Shown here one piece after another: positions 39,649 to 49,474 of a DNA stretch of 64,000 bases. Position 1 is the first letter of the stretch. The number at the start of each line of letters is the position of its first letter. The stretch is from Acidobacteriota bacterium (GTDB taxonomy: Bacteria; Acidobacteriota; UBA6911; JACQSX01): contig DASXQR010000017.1 of assembly GCA_036507075.1 (NCBI GenBank), forward strand, positions 100,567 to 164,566, given 5' to 3'. The notes below the pieces were generated by a model that saw nothing but the letters and a program-made list of their open reading frames with translations, was not told the origin of the DNA and searched no databases. The translations under genes were made by a program, and so were the position numbers.

Positions 39649-39845
39649 GGATTATTCAGGCAAAAACTTCACCGCCAAGAACGCCAAGACCGCCAAGAGT
39701 AGCGCACAGGACCGGGCTGGAACTTGAAATAGAAACTACTCAGGTGTTGTAGGTTTGGCTTTCATATTTCAAGTTCCAGCCCGGTCCTGTGCGCTATTCT
39801 TAGCGGTCTTGGCGTTCTTGGCGGTGAAGTTTTCTTGATTAATCC
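39649..39845. repeat. ~200-bp foldback element (CCGCCAAG arms), copy 2
   Basis: Homologous to 25709-25917. Confidence 0.9.
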
Positions 39846-39912
39846 CTGCCAGGCGATTTTAGGGGAAACATATCGCCTGACTTGACGTAATATGAGATTC
39901 AAAAGGGAAAGT

Positions 39913-40305
39913 ATGCCGATAAAGTCGATTAAGAAAAACGCAGCCGTGCCGAACATAGAAGATTCTCCGATGAGCGACAAACCATCCCCGCAAACCGACG
40001 GCAAGTGGCCCTCCTACACGATGGTGGAAGATCGGATGCGGAAGATCTACTTTGAGTTCTACCGGGAAACCTACAAAAGCAGCGTCCTGGATCGGAAGAC
40101 CAAGGAGTTGGTTGCCATCGCGGCTTCCATCGGATTCAAATGTCAGGGTTGTTTGGAAGGGCACATCAAGAAAGCGCTCAAGCACGGAGCCAGCAAGCAA
40201 GAGCTCAGTGAGGCAATCGCGATCGCGATGGGTGTGGCCGCCGCCGGCGCGGTGGATTTGACCGATATCGCCGCCGCTCACCTGAAACTTAAACACTTCG
40301 AATAA
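39913..40305 (+). CDS. Carboxymuconolactone decarboxylase/AhpD-family protein (start uncertain)
   Basis: LDRKTKELVAIAAS...CQGCLEGH...GASKQE. Confidence 0.85.
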   Translation: MPIKSIKKNAAVPNIEDSPMSDKPSPQTDGKWPSYTMVEDRMRKIYFEFYRETYKSSVLDRKTKELVAIAASIGFKCQGCLEGHIKKALKHGASKQELSEAIAIAMGVAAAGAVDLTDIAAAHLKLKHFE

Positions 40306-40328
40306 ACCATCACCGTAATCTCGGCGCC

Positions 40329-41270
40329 ATGAAACGAAAATTAATGTCCCTCCTGTTGATTCTGGCAGGTCTCGCCTCCTGGCACCATTTTGTGCCCGCC
40401 CAGTCGACTCCCGCGGCCGACGTTCGCACCGCGCCGGTCACGTCCCAAAGCATCGCACCGGAGAATGCGGGCGCGGTGGAATTCAAGTCGCTGGAAAGCA
40501 ACATTCTGGGCCAGCCTCTGAACTTCAGCATTTATCTGCCCCCTTCCTACGCCAAAGGAGAGCAGAAATATCGAGTGATCTATTTCCTGCATGGCCTTTT
40601 TGAAAACGAGAAGCGCTGGTCTGACCGCGGCGGCAAAGAACTGCTGGATCGTTTGATTGCAGACAAGAAGGTGGGTGAGCTTGTCGTCGCAATTCCGGAT
40701 GGGGGACGCAGCTTTTACACCAACTATTATGACGGGTCCAGGAAATACGAGGATGCCGTGCTGCAGGAATTCATTCCATATGTGGAAAGCCACTATCGCA
40801 TCCTGCGGGGAACGAAATCACGCGCTTTGAGCGGAAGTTCCATGGGCGGTTACGGCGCTCTGAAAATAGGCATGAAGCATCCCGACCTGTTTGACTCCGT
40901 CTCGGCGCACAGTGCCGTGCTGGTTCCAAAGTTCCCCGAGGTGATCGAACCCGGAACCCGGCAGGCGCGTTACCTGCAAATCCTGGAGGGCCCTTTCGGC
41001 AAGCCGTTCAATCGCGATTACTGGGAAAGCGAAAACCCGCTGCGCCTGGCCGAAGATCCGCAGAAATTTCGCAATTTGAAGCTTTATTTTGACTGTGGAG
41101 ACAAAGACCGCTACGGTTTTGACGAAGGCGCGCGCGAGCTCCATCGGGTTCTGGAAGAGAAAGGTTTCAAGCACGAGTTTGCCATCCTCCCTGGTGATCA
41201 CGGATGGGAATACCTGAAGCAGTACATGGATCGATCGCTCGTGTTTCACTGGAAGCATTTCGAGGATTGA
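40329..41270 (+). CDS. Secreted alpha/beta hydrolase esterase
   Basis: Signal peptide, IYLPPSY, GSSMGG nucleophile elbow, GDHGW. Confidence 0.85.
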   Translation: MKRKLMSLLLILAGLASWHHFVPAQSTPAADVRTAPVTSQSIAPENAGAVEFKSLESNILGQPLNFSIYLPPSYAKGEQKYRVIYFLHGLFENEKRWSDRGGKELLDRLIADKKVGELVVAIPDGGRSFYTNYYDGSRKYEDAVLQEFIPYVESHYRILRGTKSRALSGSSMGGYGALKIGMKHPDLFDSVSAHSAVLVPKFPEVIEPGTRQARYLQILEGPFGKPFNRDYWESENPLRLAEDPQKFRNLKLYFDCGDKDRYGFDEGARELHRVLEEKGFKHEFAILPGDHGWEYLKQYMDRSLVFHWKHFED

Positions 41271-41324
41271 ACCGCGAAGGCGCGAAAGCGCGAAAACCCA
41301 GACATCCGCCAAAGTTCTGTTTCA

Positions 41325-43028
41325 GTGCTGAAAAGGCCCGGCATCTCTGCCCGTAATTCGCTGTTTCAGCTTCTTCGCAGTGAATGGGTCTTCGGCTGTT
41401 CGCTGGCCGCCGGCATCACTCTCCGCCTCTACCAGATCCGAAGACAAATCCCCGCCGACGATGAATGGCATGCGCTGACCGCCGTTCTGTACTCCGACTA
41501 TCCTTCTATCCTTACTCATTTTGGCAGCGCGGACCGCAGCATCCCGTTGACCGCTTTTTACGAAATACTCTCCCATACTGTGGGGCTGTCGGAGATGGAG
41601 ATGCGGTTTTTGCCTCTGGCCTGCGGCATCGCTGCTCTGCTGGTTGTGCCGCTGGTGGCTGGTTTTGCCGTCGGGCGGCCCGCAGCCCGCATCACCGGAT
41701 CGCTGCTTGCGCTTTCACCGCTTCATATTTATTTCAGCCGATACGCCCGACCTTACGGCATCACAATGTTGATCGCCTGGGTCGGGTTGTTCGCGTTTTA
41801 TCGCTGGTGGGTAAACGCCCAGGACGACTGGCGCTGGGTCTACGTTGCCTGTGCGGTTGCGGGACCCTATTTTCATCTCGTGGTAGCTCCGGTTTTATTG
41901 TCCCCCCTGGTGCTGCTGCTGTTTTGGAGCGTGGCATCAAGGACTACCCATCAGGATCATTTCCGCTGGCGGCAGATAGGAAGCCTTATCGTCGCCCTGG
42001 CGGGCGGATTCTGTCTGTTGTTTCTGCTTCCTGTGCTGGTTGACTTTGGCTCGCTGCAGGGGAAAGTGAGCCGAAGCGGCATCACATGGAATAGTATCAG
42101 CGGAGCTGCTCATCTTCTGGCCGGATCGCGCAGCAATGCGTTTGTGATGGTCGCTGCGCTTCTTTGCGTGGCGGGCGCCGTTATTCTGTATCGCCGCAGC
42201 CGGCGCCTGGCGGCATTTCTGCTGTTTGTGGTTTTCTGCCAGGCGCTGTTCGCGGTGGCGACAGCGCCCGAGGGGATCCATGTGCCGATCGTGCTGGCGC
42301 GCTACCTGCTGGCGCTTCTTCCCATTTTGCTGCTTTTGGCGGCTGTCAGCGTGCAACGTTTGGACCAGGCTCTGGGAAAGCTGAGCTACTATCCTGCCGG
42401 CAGTTTGGCGGCATTGCTGGTGCTGGCGCAGTTCTTCGCCGGGCCCCTTCGCTCCATTTACTACTTCCCGAACAACTGGACCAATCATGCCATCTTCCAG
42501 TACTACTACTACCGGCCGGAGGGGCAGAATCCCTATGAGGACATCCTGCGACCCAAAGCCATTCCTGCCTTTTACAGCCGGCTGGCTTCACTTCCCCGGG
42601 GCAGTGTTTCGGTGGTGGAAGCTCCCTGGTACTACGAGTGGCAAAACATTCATTTTCTGTATTACCAGCAGGCCCACCGGCAGTGGATGTATGTCGGCTT
42701 TGTGGACGAAAATGTTCTCGCTGTGCGGACCGGCGAGCTGCCTCGCGCCCTGCCCGGATTCTGGTTCCGTAATTTTGTGCATGTCGCCGACCTTGCGGGT
42801 CTCCGGTACCGGCATGTCAACTATGTCATCTTTCACAAAGACATAGCGCACGAGATTCCCAATCTTGCGCCCAGACCGGCGGTTGATGTTTCGCACTGGA
42901 TGGATTACTACCGCCGGGAATTCGGTGCGCCGATATTTGAAGACACACTGTTGGCGGTTTTCGATGTTTCTCGTGGATTGCCACAAAGACACCAAGCCAC
43001 AAAGGATCAGGATTTAGGTTTGAAGTGA
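41325..43028 (+). CDS. GT-C (ArnT/PMT-like) membrane glycosyltransferase
   Basis: DDEWH in the first loop, SRYARPY, multiple TMs. Confidence 0.7.
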   Translation: MLKRPGISARNSLFQLLRSEWVFGCSLAAGITLRLYQIRRQIPADDEWHALTAVLYSDYPSILTHFGSADRSIPLTAFYEILSHTVGLSEMEMRFLPLACGIAALLVVPLVAGFAVGRPAARITGSLLALSPLHIYFSRYARPYGITMLIAWVGLFAFYRWWVNAQDDWRWVYVACAVAGPYFHLVVAPVLLSPLVLLLFWSVASRTTHQDHFRWRQIGSLIVALAGGFCLLFLLPVLVDFGSLQGKVSRSGITWNSISGAAHLLAGSRSNAFVMVAALLCVAGAVILYRRSRRLAAFLLFVVFCQALFAVATAPEGIHVPIVLARYLLALLPILLLLAAVSVQRLDQALGKLSYYPAGSLAALLVLAQFFAGPLRSIYYFPNNWTNHAIFQYYYYRPEGQNPYEDILRPKAIPAFYSRLASLPRGSVSVVEAPWYYEWQNIHFLYYQQAHRQWMYVGFVDENVLAVRTGELPRALPGFWFRNFVHVADLAGLRYRHVNYVIFHKDIAHEIPNLAPRPAVDVSHWMDYYRREFGAPIFEDTLLAVFDVSRGLPQRHQATKDQDLGLK

Positions 43029-43097
43029 CCCCTCCCACCTTGAAAATTCTAGGTAATTGTGGATTCTGAGTGTTAAATTCGGAAACTGGCTGTTACC

Positions 43098-43172
43098 GGC
43101 GCTATCGTCTAACGGTTAGGACGCGGCCCTCTCAAGGCTGAAATACGGGTTCGATTCCCGTTAGCGCTACCA
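43098..43172 (+). tRNA. tRNA-Glu (anticodon CTC)
   Basis: Cloverleaf GGCGCTA/TAGCGCT, anticodon arm cggcc-ctCTCaa-ggctg, GGTTCGATTCCC T-arm, encoded CCA. Confidence 0.97.
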
Positions 43173-43359
43173 TCCAGGTTACAAGTTGACAGGAGCAAGA
43201 GTTACCAGTTTTGATGAGAACTCTGTGGTGGAGGCGGTTTTTTCTGGAGAACTGCGGCCCGGCCGAGACCAGAAAGCCGGCCACGAGCACGTGCACGTCA
43301 ACGACCACGACTACGTCTGATGCGTATTCGGTTTTTTAGAATCTTACTAAGAAAATTCT

Positions 43360-44871
43360 CTAATTCTTAGCCTTTGCCGCCGAATTGGCGGAATGCGTCT
43401 TGTGCATCAGCTTTTCAATGTCGCGCATCTGGCGCGGGAGGCGATGCGACAGATGCTGGCAGCCGTCGGCGGTAACCAGGAAATCGTCTTCGATTCGAAC
43501 ACCGATGCCTGTATATTTTTCGAAGGCAGGCCGAATCTTTTCGATCCACTGGGCGTTCTTTCCGTCCTGCGCCAGCTCCTCAAGCAAGCTCCCGCGGACG
43601 TAAATTCCCGGTTCTACAGTCAGAATCATCCCTGGCTTGAATGCTGTTCCACGGTCGCCGACGTCGTGAACATCCAGACCCAGCCAGTGGCTGGTTCCAT
43701 GCATAAAAAAACTGCGATACTGGTCGCTGGCCGGGTCTGTGATCAGACCTAAACGCAGAAGGCCCTGCTTGACAACTTCCACGGCGCGCTGATGCACCTG
43801 CTGGATGGTGGCGCCCGGCTTGATCGCTTTAATCGCTTCTTCCTGTGCGTTAAGGACAATCTGATAGACGTCGGCCTGTGCCGGGGTGAATTTCCCGTCG
43901 ACGGGCACGGTGCGTGTGATGTCTGCGGCGTAGTAGTCGAATTCGGCGCCCACATCCATCAACAGTAAATCGCCCGCATTCATTTTCCGGTTGTTCTCTT
44001 CGTAGTGCAGAATGGTGGAGTTTCGGCCGGAGCCGATAATTGACGGAAAAGCGGCTTCTGTTCCGTTTTTGGTGTAATTCGAATCAATCACCGCCTGGAC
44101 CTCGTACTCGTACATTCCAGGCGCCACTTTTCGAATTGCGTCCAGCAGTCCATCCGAAGTGATGTCGATGGCGCGTTTCACGTTCTCGATTTCCTGCGCC
44201 TCTTTGACCTGGCGGAGCGAAGCGAATATGTCGCTCGCGTCACGAATATTCACCACCGGGAACCGCTCACGAAGCCTGTTGGCAAATTCAAATTCAGGCG
44301 TGAGCTGCCCGCGCAGGCCGGGATGGTCTTCCAGCAAAAGGAATACCGGGACTTCTCCCATTTTCAAATGAGTGAAGAACCGGGCGTATTCGTCCATATT
44401 CAGGTACCGATTCACGCCGTAGGGTTGGCCGTAAAGCAGGGCGTCGATAAAGTCATCGAATTCGCTGCGGCTGTAAATGTTGCTGATGCCCGAGCTCTGC
44501 AGAGCCTCTTCGCGCGTGAGTCGATGTCCGGTCCAAACCTCGCGTGACGGATTTCGGTCCAGAACGAACAGATTCTCCTTTCGAGTCACCGCCGGAGGCA
44601 TCAGGACCAGCACCGTTCCTTCCTGCCTGATGCCGGTCAGGTAGTAAAGGTTATTCTCCTGTCTAAACTTGTAAAGTACATCTCCACTGAATTTTTTTGC
44701 CGGCGGGCTGAACAGGATCAGCATCCCCTGCTCTCCCATCTTTTTCATCACGGCGGCGCGCCGCTGAGCATACGTGTCTGCCAGTGATGAAGCCCGGGCG
44801 CGATAACCGGCCAGAGAGCAGACGCTGAAAAGCAGGAAAGCGAAAAGGAAGCAACTGGTGATCTTTTTCAT
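43360..44871 (-). CDS. pepP: Xaa-Pro aminopeptidase (M24B) with signal peptide
   Basis: FRQENNLYYLTG, DVG...ADITRT, HWLGLDVHD, EPGIY, GVRIEDD. Confidence 0.9.
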   Translation of the reverse strand: MKKITSCFLFAFLLFSVCSLAGYRARASSLADTYAQRRAAVMKKMGEQGMLILFSPPAKKFSGDVLYKFRQENNLYYLTGIRQEGTVLVLMPPAVTRKENLFVLDRNPSREVWTGHRLTREEALQSSGISNIYSRSEFDDFIDALLYGQPYGVNRYLNMDEYARFFTHLKMGEVPVFLLLEDHPGLRGQLTPEFEFANRLRERFPVVNIRDASDIFASLRQVKEAQEIENVKRAIDITSDGLLDAIRKVAPGMYEYEVQAVIDSNYTKNGTEAAFPSIIGSGRNSTILHYEENNRKMNAGDLLLMDVGAEFDYYAADITRTVPVDGKFTPAQADVYQIVLNAQEEAIKAIKPGATIQQVHQRAVEVVKQGLLRLGLITDPASDQYRSFFMHGTSHWLGLDVHDVGDRGTAFKPGMILTVEPGIYVRGSLLEELAQDGKNAQWIEKIRPAFEKYTGIGVRIEDDFLVTADGCQHLSHRLPRQMRDIEKLMHKTHSANSAAKAKN

Positions 44872-44956
44872 ACTCTCGTATCATTATACAGGTCCGGGCC
44901 GGTCAGAGTTACGGGTTGAGAGTTTCAACCCGCAAACCCGGAACCTTTGAGGAGAT

Positions 44957-45550
44957 ATGCCAGTCAAAATTTCAGAACCACCCGTGGAATCTAAAGAGAA
45001 GAGGATCGAAGACAAGCTGCGCGACTTGATTGAAGAAATGGGCGAAGACCCGGAGCGTGACGGCCTGCGGGAAACACCCCAGAGAATGGCCGAGTCATTC
45101 CGATTTTTGACCAGCGGATACCGGGTTGATCCCATGAAGCTCATCAAGGACGCGCTTTTCGATGTCAGTTACAACGAAATGGTGATCGTCAAGAACATTG
45201 AAGTATTCTCACTTTGCGAACACCACGTCCTCCCCTTTTATGGGAAGTGCCATGTGGCTTATATTCCGAACGGCAGGGTAATCGGACTGAGCAAAATCCC
45301 GCGGGTGGTGGACGCGTTTGCCCGCAGGCTGCAGATCCAGGAGCGCCTGACGGTCCAGATTGCGGAAACAATCGAAGAAGCGGTCCGTCCCAGAGGGGTG
45401 GCTGTGGTGATGGAGGCGGTGCATCTTTGCATGGTGATGCGCGGCGTGGAAAAGCAAAATAGCGTCGCCGTCACAAGCTCCATGCTGGGCACATTCAAGG
45501 AGCACATGGAAACCAGGAATGAATTCCTGAGTCTGATCGGCAGGAAGTAA
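44957..45550 (+). CDS. folE: GTP cyclohydrolase I
   Basis: [29 protein letters not shown]. Confidence 0.97.
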   Translation: MPVKISEPPVESKEKRIEDKLRDLIEEMGEDPERDGLRETPQRMAESFRFLTSGYRVDPMKLIKDALFDVSYNEMVIVKNIEVFSLCEHHVLPFYGKCHVAYIPNGRVIGLSKIPRVVDAFARRLQIQERLTVQIAETIEEAVRPRGVAVVMEAVHLCMVMRGVEKQNSVAVTSSMLGTFKEHMETRNEFLSLIGRK

Positions 45551-45579
45551 AATTGGGCGAAGGCGCGAACAGCGCGATT

Positions 45580-46590
45580 ATGCAAAGTGAAAAAGAGCTT
45601 TACTTCAGATACATCGAGAAAAAAGGCTTAAAGAATACCGAGCAGCGGCTCCAGATTCTTGAGACGTTCCTGCAGATGCCGGGCCATTTCACCGCTTTCG
45701 ATCTTCACGCGATTGTGAAGAAGAAAAATCCGCAGATTGGCATCTCTACCGTCTTTCGCACCATGAAACTGCTCGAGGAATGCGGTCTTGCCAAATCCGT
45801 CAAGATCAGCGATGAAGAGAAGAGCTACGAATACAATCCGACGCACCACCATCATCTGGTTTGCTCGGAATGTCATGCCACTATCGAGTTCATCCATCCG
45901 ACGCTGGAGCGAATCATGGAGGAGATTCCCCTCGAGTACGGATTCGTTGCCACCGGCCACAAACTGCAGATCTTCGGCACGTGCGAGAAATGTCAGAAGG
46001 GCGCCAAGATGGAAAAAGGGGGCGGGCCCGTACAGGAAAACGTTTCGAAGGTTTTCGAGCGCGATGTGCTCCGCATTTTCGTCCAGACAGAGGAGCGCGG
46101 GATCAGGTTCTACAGCTCAAGACTGAACCGATTCAAGGAAGACTGGAGCCGCCGTCTTTTCTCCGCGCTGGCAGAGGAAGAGAACCATCACCTGCAGCTG
46201 CTGCAGCGCCAGTATCAGAAACTGCTGCAGGAAAATCGGTGGCTGGAGGAAAAGCCGCGGTTCTTTATCTTCGATTCCAATGAAGTCGCCAACGCGTTCA
46301 GCCGTTCGTCTTCGGACTTCAAGAAGACTCTCACCGGCCAGGACGATGAAATGAACACCCTGAAAGAAGCCTGGCATATGGAGAAAGAAAATCACGAGTT
46401 CTTTGCCAACATGGCGGGAAAACTGGACGGCGTGGGCAGAGAACTGTGCCTGGAGTTTGCAGACGAAGAAAAGCATCACATGCAGTTGATCCAGTTTGCC
46501 ATCGACAACCTTCAGCGGGTCCGTTCCGATCCCGAGCAGCGCGCCATTTTCATCAAACAACTGGAAAAAGAAATACTGCAGCTTAAATAA
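45580..46590 (+). CDS. Fur-family regulator fused to a rubrerythrin/ferritin-like domain
   Basis: HFTA, STVFRTM, HHHLVCSEC, CEKC; then E..GIRFY, EEENH, E..NHEFF, DEEKH. Confidence 0.85.
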   Translation: MQSEKELYFRYIEKKGLKNTEQRLQILETFLQMPGHFTAFDLHAIVKKKNPQIGISTVFRTMKLLEECGLAKSVKISDEEKSYEYNPTHHHHLVCSECHATIEFIHPTLERIMEEIPLEYGFVATGHKLQIFGTCEKCQKGAKMEKGGGPVQENVSKVFERDVLRIFVQTEERGIRFYSSRLNRFKEDWSRRLFSALAEEENHHLQLLQRQYQKLLQENRWLEEKPRFFIFDSNEVANAFSRSSSDFKKTLTGQDDEMNTLKEAWHMEKENHEFFANMAGKLDGVGRELCLEFADEEKHHMQLIQFAIDNLQRVRSDPEQRAIFIKQLEKEILQLK

Positions 46591-46595
46591 CAACC

Positions 46596-46843
46596 GTAAG
46601 AACCAAGCCAGGAGCCGAACCGCGCGCGTAAGCAAGCGGACCCTGCACTGGGAATTTGACCACGAAGCCACGAAGAGCCGCTATTCATTTTGTTGAACAC
46701 TTCCCATAACTCGATCAGATTGTCGAAGAAGTGGCACTTCTAACTTGATCGTTGTTCTTCGGGTCTTCGTGCTTTCGTGGCAAATCCCCAGTGCAGGGTC
46801 CGCTTGCTTACGCGCGCGGTTCGGCTCCTGGCTTGGTTCTTAC
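46596..46843. mobile_element. Putative MITE/REPIN with 57-bp perfect TIRs enclosing AGTGNCACT element copy C (46660-46781)
   Basis: Perfect 57-bp inverted repeats; AACC on both flanks. Confidence 0.65.
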
Positions 46844-46879
46844 AACCAACCACGGACAACGGACAACTGACCACGAACA

Positions 46880-47863
46880 ATGAATTACAGAATACTGGGC
46901 AAAAGCGGCCTCCGAGTGAGTGAAATAGGCTTCGGGTGTTGGGCGATTGGCGGACCCTTCGAGTTGAGCGGGTTGCCGATCGGATGGGGTCCCGTGGATG
47001 ACAACCAGTCGATAGCCGCAGTGCGCCGCGCTCTGGAACTGGGTGTGAACTTTTTCGATACCGCCGATGTGTACGGTTTTGGACACAGCGAGAAAATACT
47101 GGGCGAAGCGCTGCGCGGGTTCCGGAATTCGGTTGTGATTGCGTCCAAAGTGGGCAACACCCGCCAGGCGGACGGCATGCGCTTGAAGGATTTTTCCGCG
47201 CGCCACATTGTGAAGTCTTGCGACGATTCCCTTTGCAGGCTGGGAACGGATTACATTGATCTTTACCAGTTGCACAACCCCACCTTGGACCAGATTTTTT
47301 CAGGAGATGCGGGAGAGGCGCTGGAGAAACTTCAGTCGTCGGGAAAAATTCGCAGCTTCGGCGTCTCCATCAGCCATCCTTCAGAAGGCCTGGAAATCAT
47401 TGGAAGGAACTTCGGCGCTACCCTGCAGGTTCTTTATAACGTTTTGAACCAGAAACCGGCGGACGGTTTATTCAATGCCGCCAGGAAAAACGACTGCGGA
47501 ATTATTGTGCGCGTGCCTCTGGCCTCCGCTTTACTCACCGGAAAGATCAGATCCGGCAGTTTTGATCCCCGGGACAATCGCAACAATTTCCTCACCGCCT
47601 CCAGGCTGCAGGAAGTGCTTCCAAAAGTAGATCGTTATCTTGAGCTGTGCAGGGATTACTCGCTCCGACCGGTTCAGGCCGCTCTGAAATTCATTCTGGC
47701 GCATCCGGCCGTCAGCACCGCTATACCGGGAGCGAAATCCACCGAGCAGGTTGACGAGAACGTTGCTGCATGCAAAGCGGAAATGCCTCCCGGGATGCTG
47801 GAGTCCCTGCGCCGGGAATTCAGGACCTACAATTTTTATCTGCGTCATGGGATCAAAATATGA
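46880..47863 (+). CDS. Aldo/keto reductase
   Basis: GLRVSEIGFG, FDTADVYG, LGTDYIDLYQLH, IPGAKS. Confidence 0.93.
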   Translation: MNYRILGKSGLRVSEIGFGCWAIGGPFELSGLPIGWGPVDDNQSIAAVRRALELGVNFFDTADVYGFGHSEKILGEALRGFRNSVVIASKVGNTRQADGMRLKDFSARHIVKSCDDSLCRLGTDYIDLYQLHNPTLDQIFSGDAGEALEKLQSSGKIRSFGVSISHPSEGLEIIGRNFGATLQVLYNVLNQKPADGLFNAARKNDCGIIVRVPLASALLTGKIRSGSFDPRDNRNNFLTASRLQEVLPKVDRYLELCRDYSLRPVQAALKFILAHPAVSTAIPGAKSTEQVDENVAACKAEMPPGMLESLRREFRTYNFYLRHGIKI

Positions 47864-47888
47864 GAACAGCGGTCTACGCGGCTCGATC

Positions 47889-48027
47889 AAAATGCGGATT
47901 TCGGAATGCGGAATGCGGAATCTCAGAAATGCGGAATGCGGAATGTGGAATAATGTGGAATAAGGAGTAATTTGGGTTTGGGCTTCGCAAATTTCTGTAA
48001 TATTCCGCATTCCGAAATCCGCATTTT
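47889..48027. repeat. GCGGAAT/ATTCCGC heptamer foldback element
   Basis: 26-bp perfect terminal inverted match. Confidence 0.9.
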
Positions 48028-48063
48028 TACGTATCTTGGAAAATGTTCACAACTGTTGCCTAC

Positions 48064-49431
48064 TTATCTCAATTTCCGCAAACCCACATTGGCCGCAATT
48101 TGAAGCGGGTCCCATAGCGGAGCGTGCGGCGGGGAATAAGCAAGATCGAGTTGCGCCAGTTGGGTCAAGGTTAACCCCGAGCTGATCGCGCCCACGGCTA
48201 CGTCAATCCGCTTGCAGGTCCAGGGACTTCCGGCAATTTGCGCGCCCAGGATCTTTTCCGTTTCCCGGTCGAAAACGATTTTCACAGTGACTTTCTCCCG
48301 GGGAGGGAAGTATCCCGCCCGCGAAGCGGTGCCCACAGAAGCGCTTTCGCAGTTAAATCCCATCCCGCGAGCTTCTCCTTCGCTCAATCCGGTGCGCGCC
48401 ACGGAAAGCGAAAAGAACCGCGTGATGGAAGTCTGCAGCACTCCCGGGTATTCGGTTCGCATGCCCGCCATGTTTTCGCCGGCCACTCGACCCTGCTGCA
48501 CGGCATGAGTTCCCAAAGCGCTGGCCAGCGCTTTACCGGTGATCCGATGCTTTGCTTCGGCGCAGTTGCCCGCGGCGTAAATCCCGTCCTGGGAGGTTTC
48601 CATGCGCGGGTTGACTTCTATAGCGCCGCTGCGGCCAATAGCCAGTCCTGCTTTTTGGGCCAGAGCAACGTCGGGAACGACACCGGTGTCCAGCAGGATC
48701 ATGTCTGCATGATAGCGGGCACTCGACGTGACTACGCCGCTGGGAGTATCACTGTGGAAAATTATCTCGCGCACCGGTTCGAAATATCCGATCCTGATGC
48801 CGTTAGCAGCGCACTCGCCGGCAATCAAGGCGGCAATATCTGGATCCACGGCCGAGAAAATCTGCTCGTTTCTTTCGAGAACCTGCACGGAAATCCCTTT
48901 TTTAACCAGAGACTCGGCCATGTTCAGGCCGATGTAACCGCCTCCCACTACAATCGCGGTACCGGGGTGCCGGTCGTCAATGAATTTTCGAATCGCGACA
49001 ACGTCTTCAAGCCGGCTGATTTTGAACACCGAAGGATGGTCGGCTCCATGGATGCTCTGCAGTGCCGGCCGGTAACCGGTGGAGACTAAAAGCTGATCGT
49101 AGGGAAGGCGCTCTTCCAGTCCTGTGCGCGCATCCCGCGCCAGTACTTCTCTTCTGCCTGTGAGTATCTCTGTTGCCTCCCATTCGGTGCGGGCGTTGAT
49201 TCCCCGCTCGGCCCTGGCCGTTTCAGGTGTGAGCGCGAGCAACTCCTCTTCGCGGGAGACCAGTCCTTCGACAAAATACGGGGCGCCGCAGATGGAATAG
49301 GAGACGTAGCGGCTCTTCTCAAGAACCACGACTTGCACATCGGGGCGCAGGCGCCGGAGGCGTGAAGCGGCCGTCATGCCTGCGGCATTCCCGCCGATGA
49401 TGACAACGCGCTGTTTGCCGAAAAGAGGCAT
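48064..49431 (-). CDS. CoA-disulfide reductase / NADH oxidase-family flavoprotein
   Basis: GGNAAG, SYSICGAPY (single redox Cys), GGGYIG, LDLAYSPP. Confidence 0.85.
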   Translation of the reverse strand: MPLFGKQRVVIIGGNAAGMTAASRLRRLRPDVQVVVLEKSRYVSYSICGAPYFVEGLVSREEELLALTPETARAERGINARTEWEATEILTGRREVLARDARTGLEERLPYDQLLVSTGYRPALQSIHGADHPSVFKISRLEDVVAIRKFIDDRHPGTAIVVGGGYIGLNMAESLVKKGISVQVLERNEQIFSAVDPDIAALIAGECAANGIRIGYFEPVREIIFHSDTPSGVVTSSARYHADMILLDTGVVPDVALAQKAGLAIGRSGAIEVNPRMETSQDGIYAAGNCAEAKHRITGKALASALGTHAVQQGRVAGENMAGMRTEYPGVLQTSITRFFSLSVARTGLSEGEARGMGFNCESASVGTASRAGYFPPREKVTVKIVFDRETEKILGAQIAGSPWTCKRIDVAVGAISSGLTLTQLAQLDLAYSPPHAPLWDPLQIAANVGLRKLR

Positions 49432-49474
49432 GGTCAGTAAGGTATGCCAGAAAACTGTGATTATGGGAATGTTA

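Noticed and set aside
39892..40305. Selenoprotein recoding in redox genes (CMD, glutaredoxin, ArsC, nuoB)
   Set aside because: Catalytic motifs use ordinary Cys codons; no in-frame TGA truncation
43098..43360. Genomic island at tRNA-Glu
   Set aside because: No integrase or duplicated tRNA 3' end seen; housekeeping flanks
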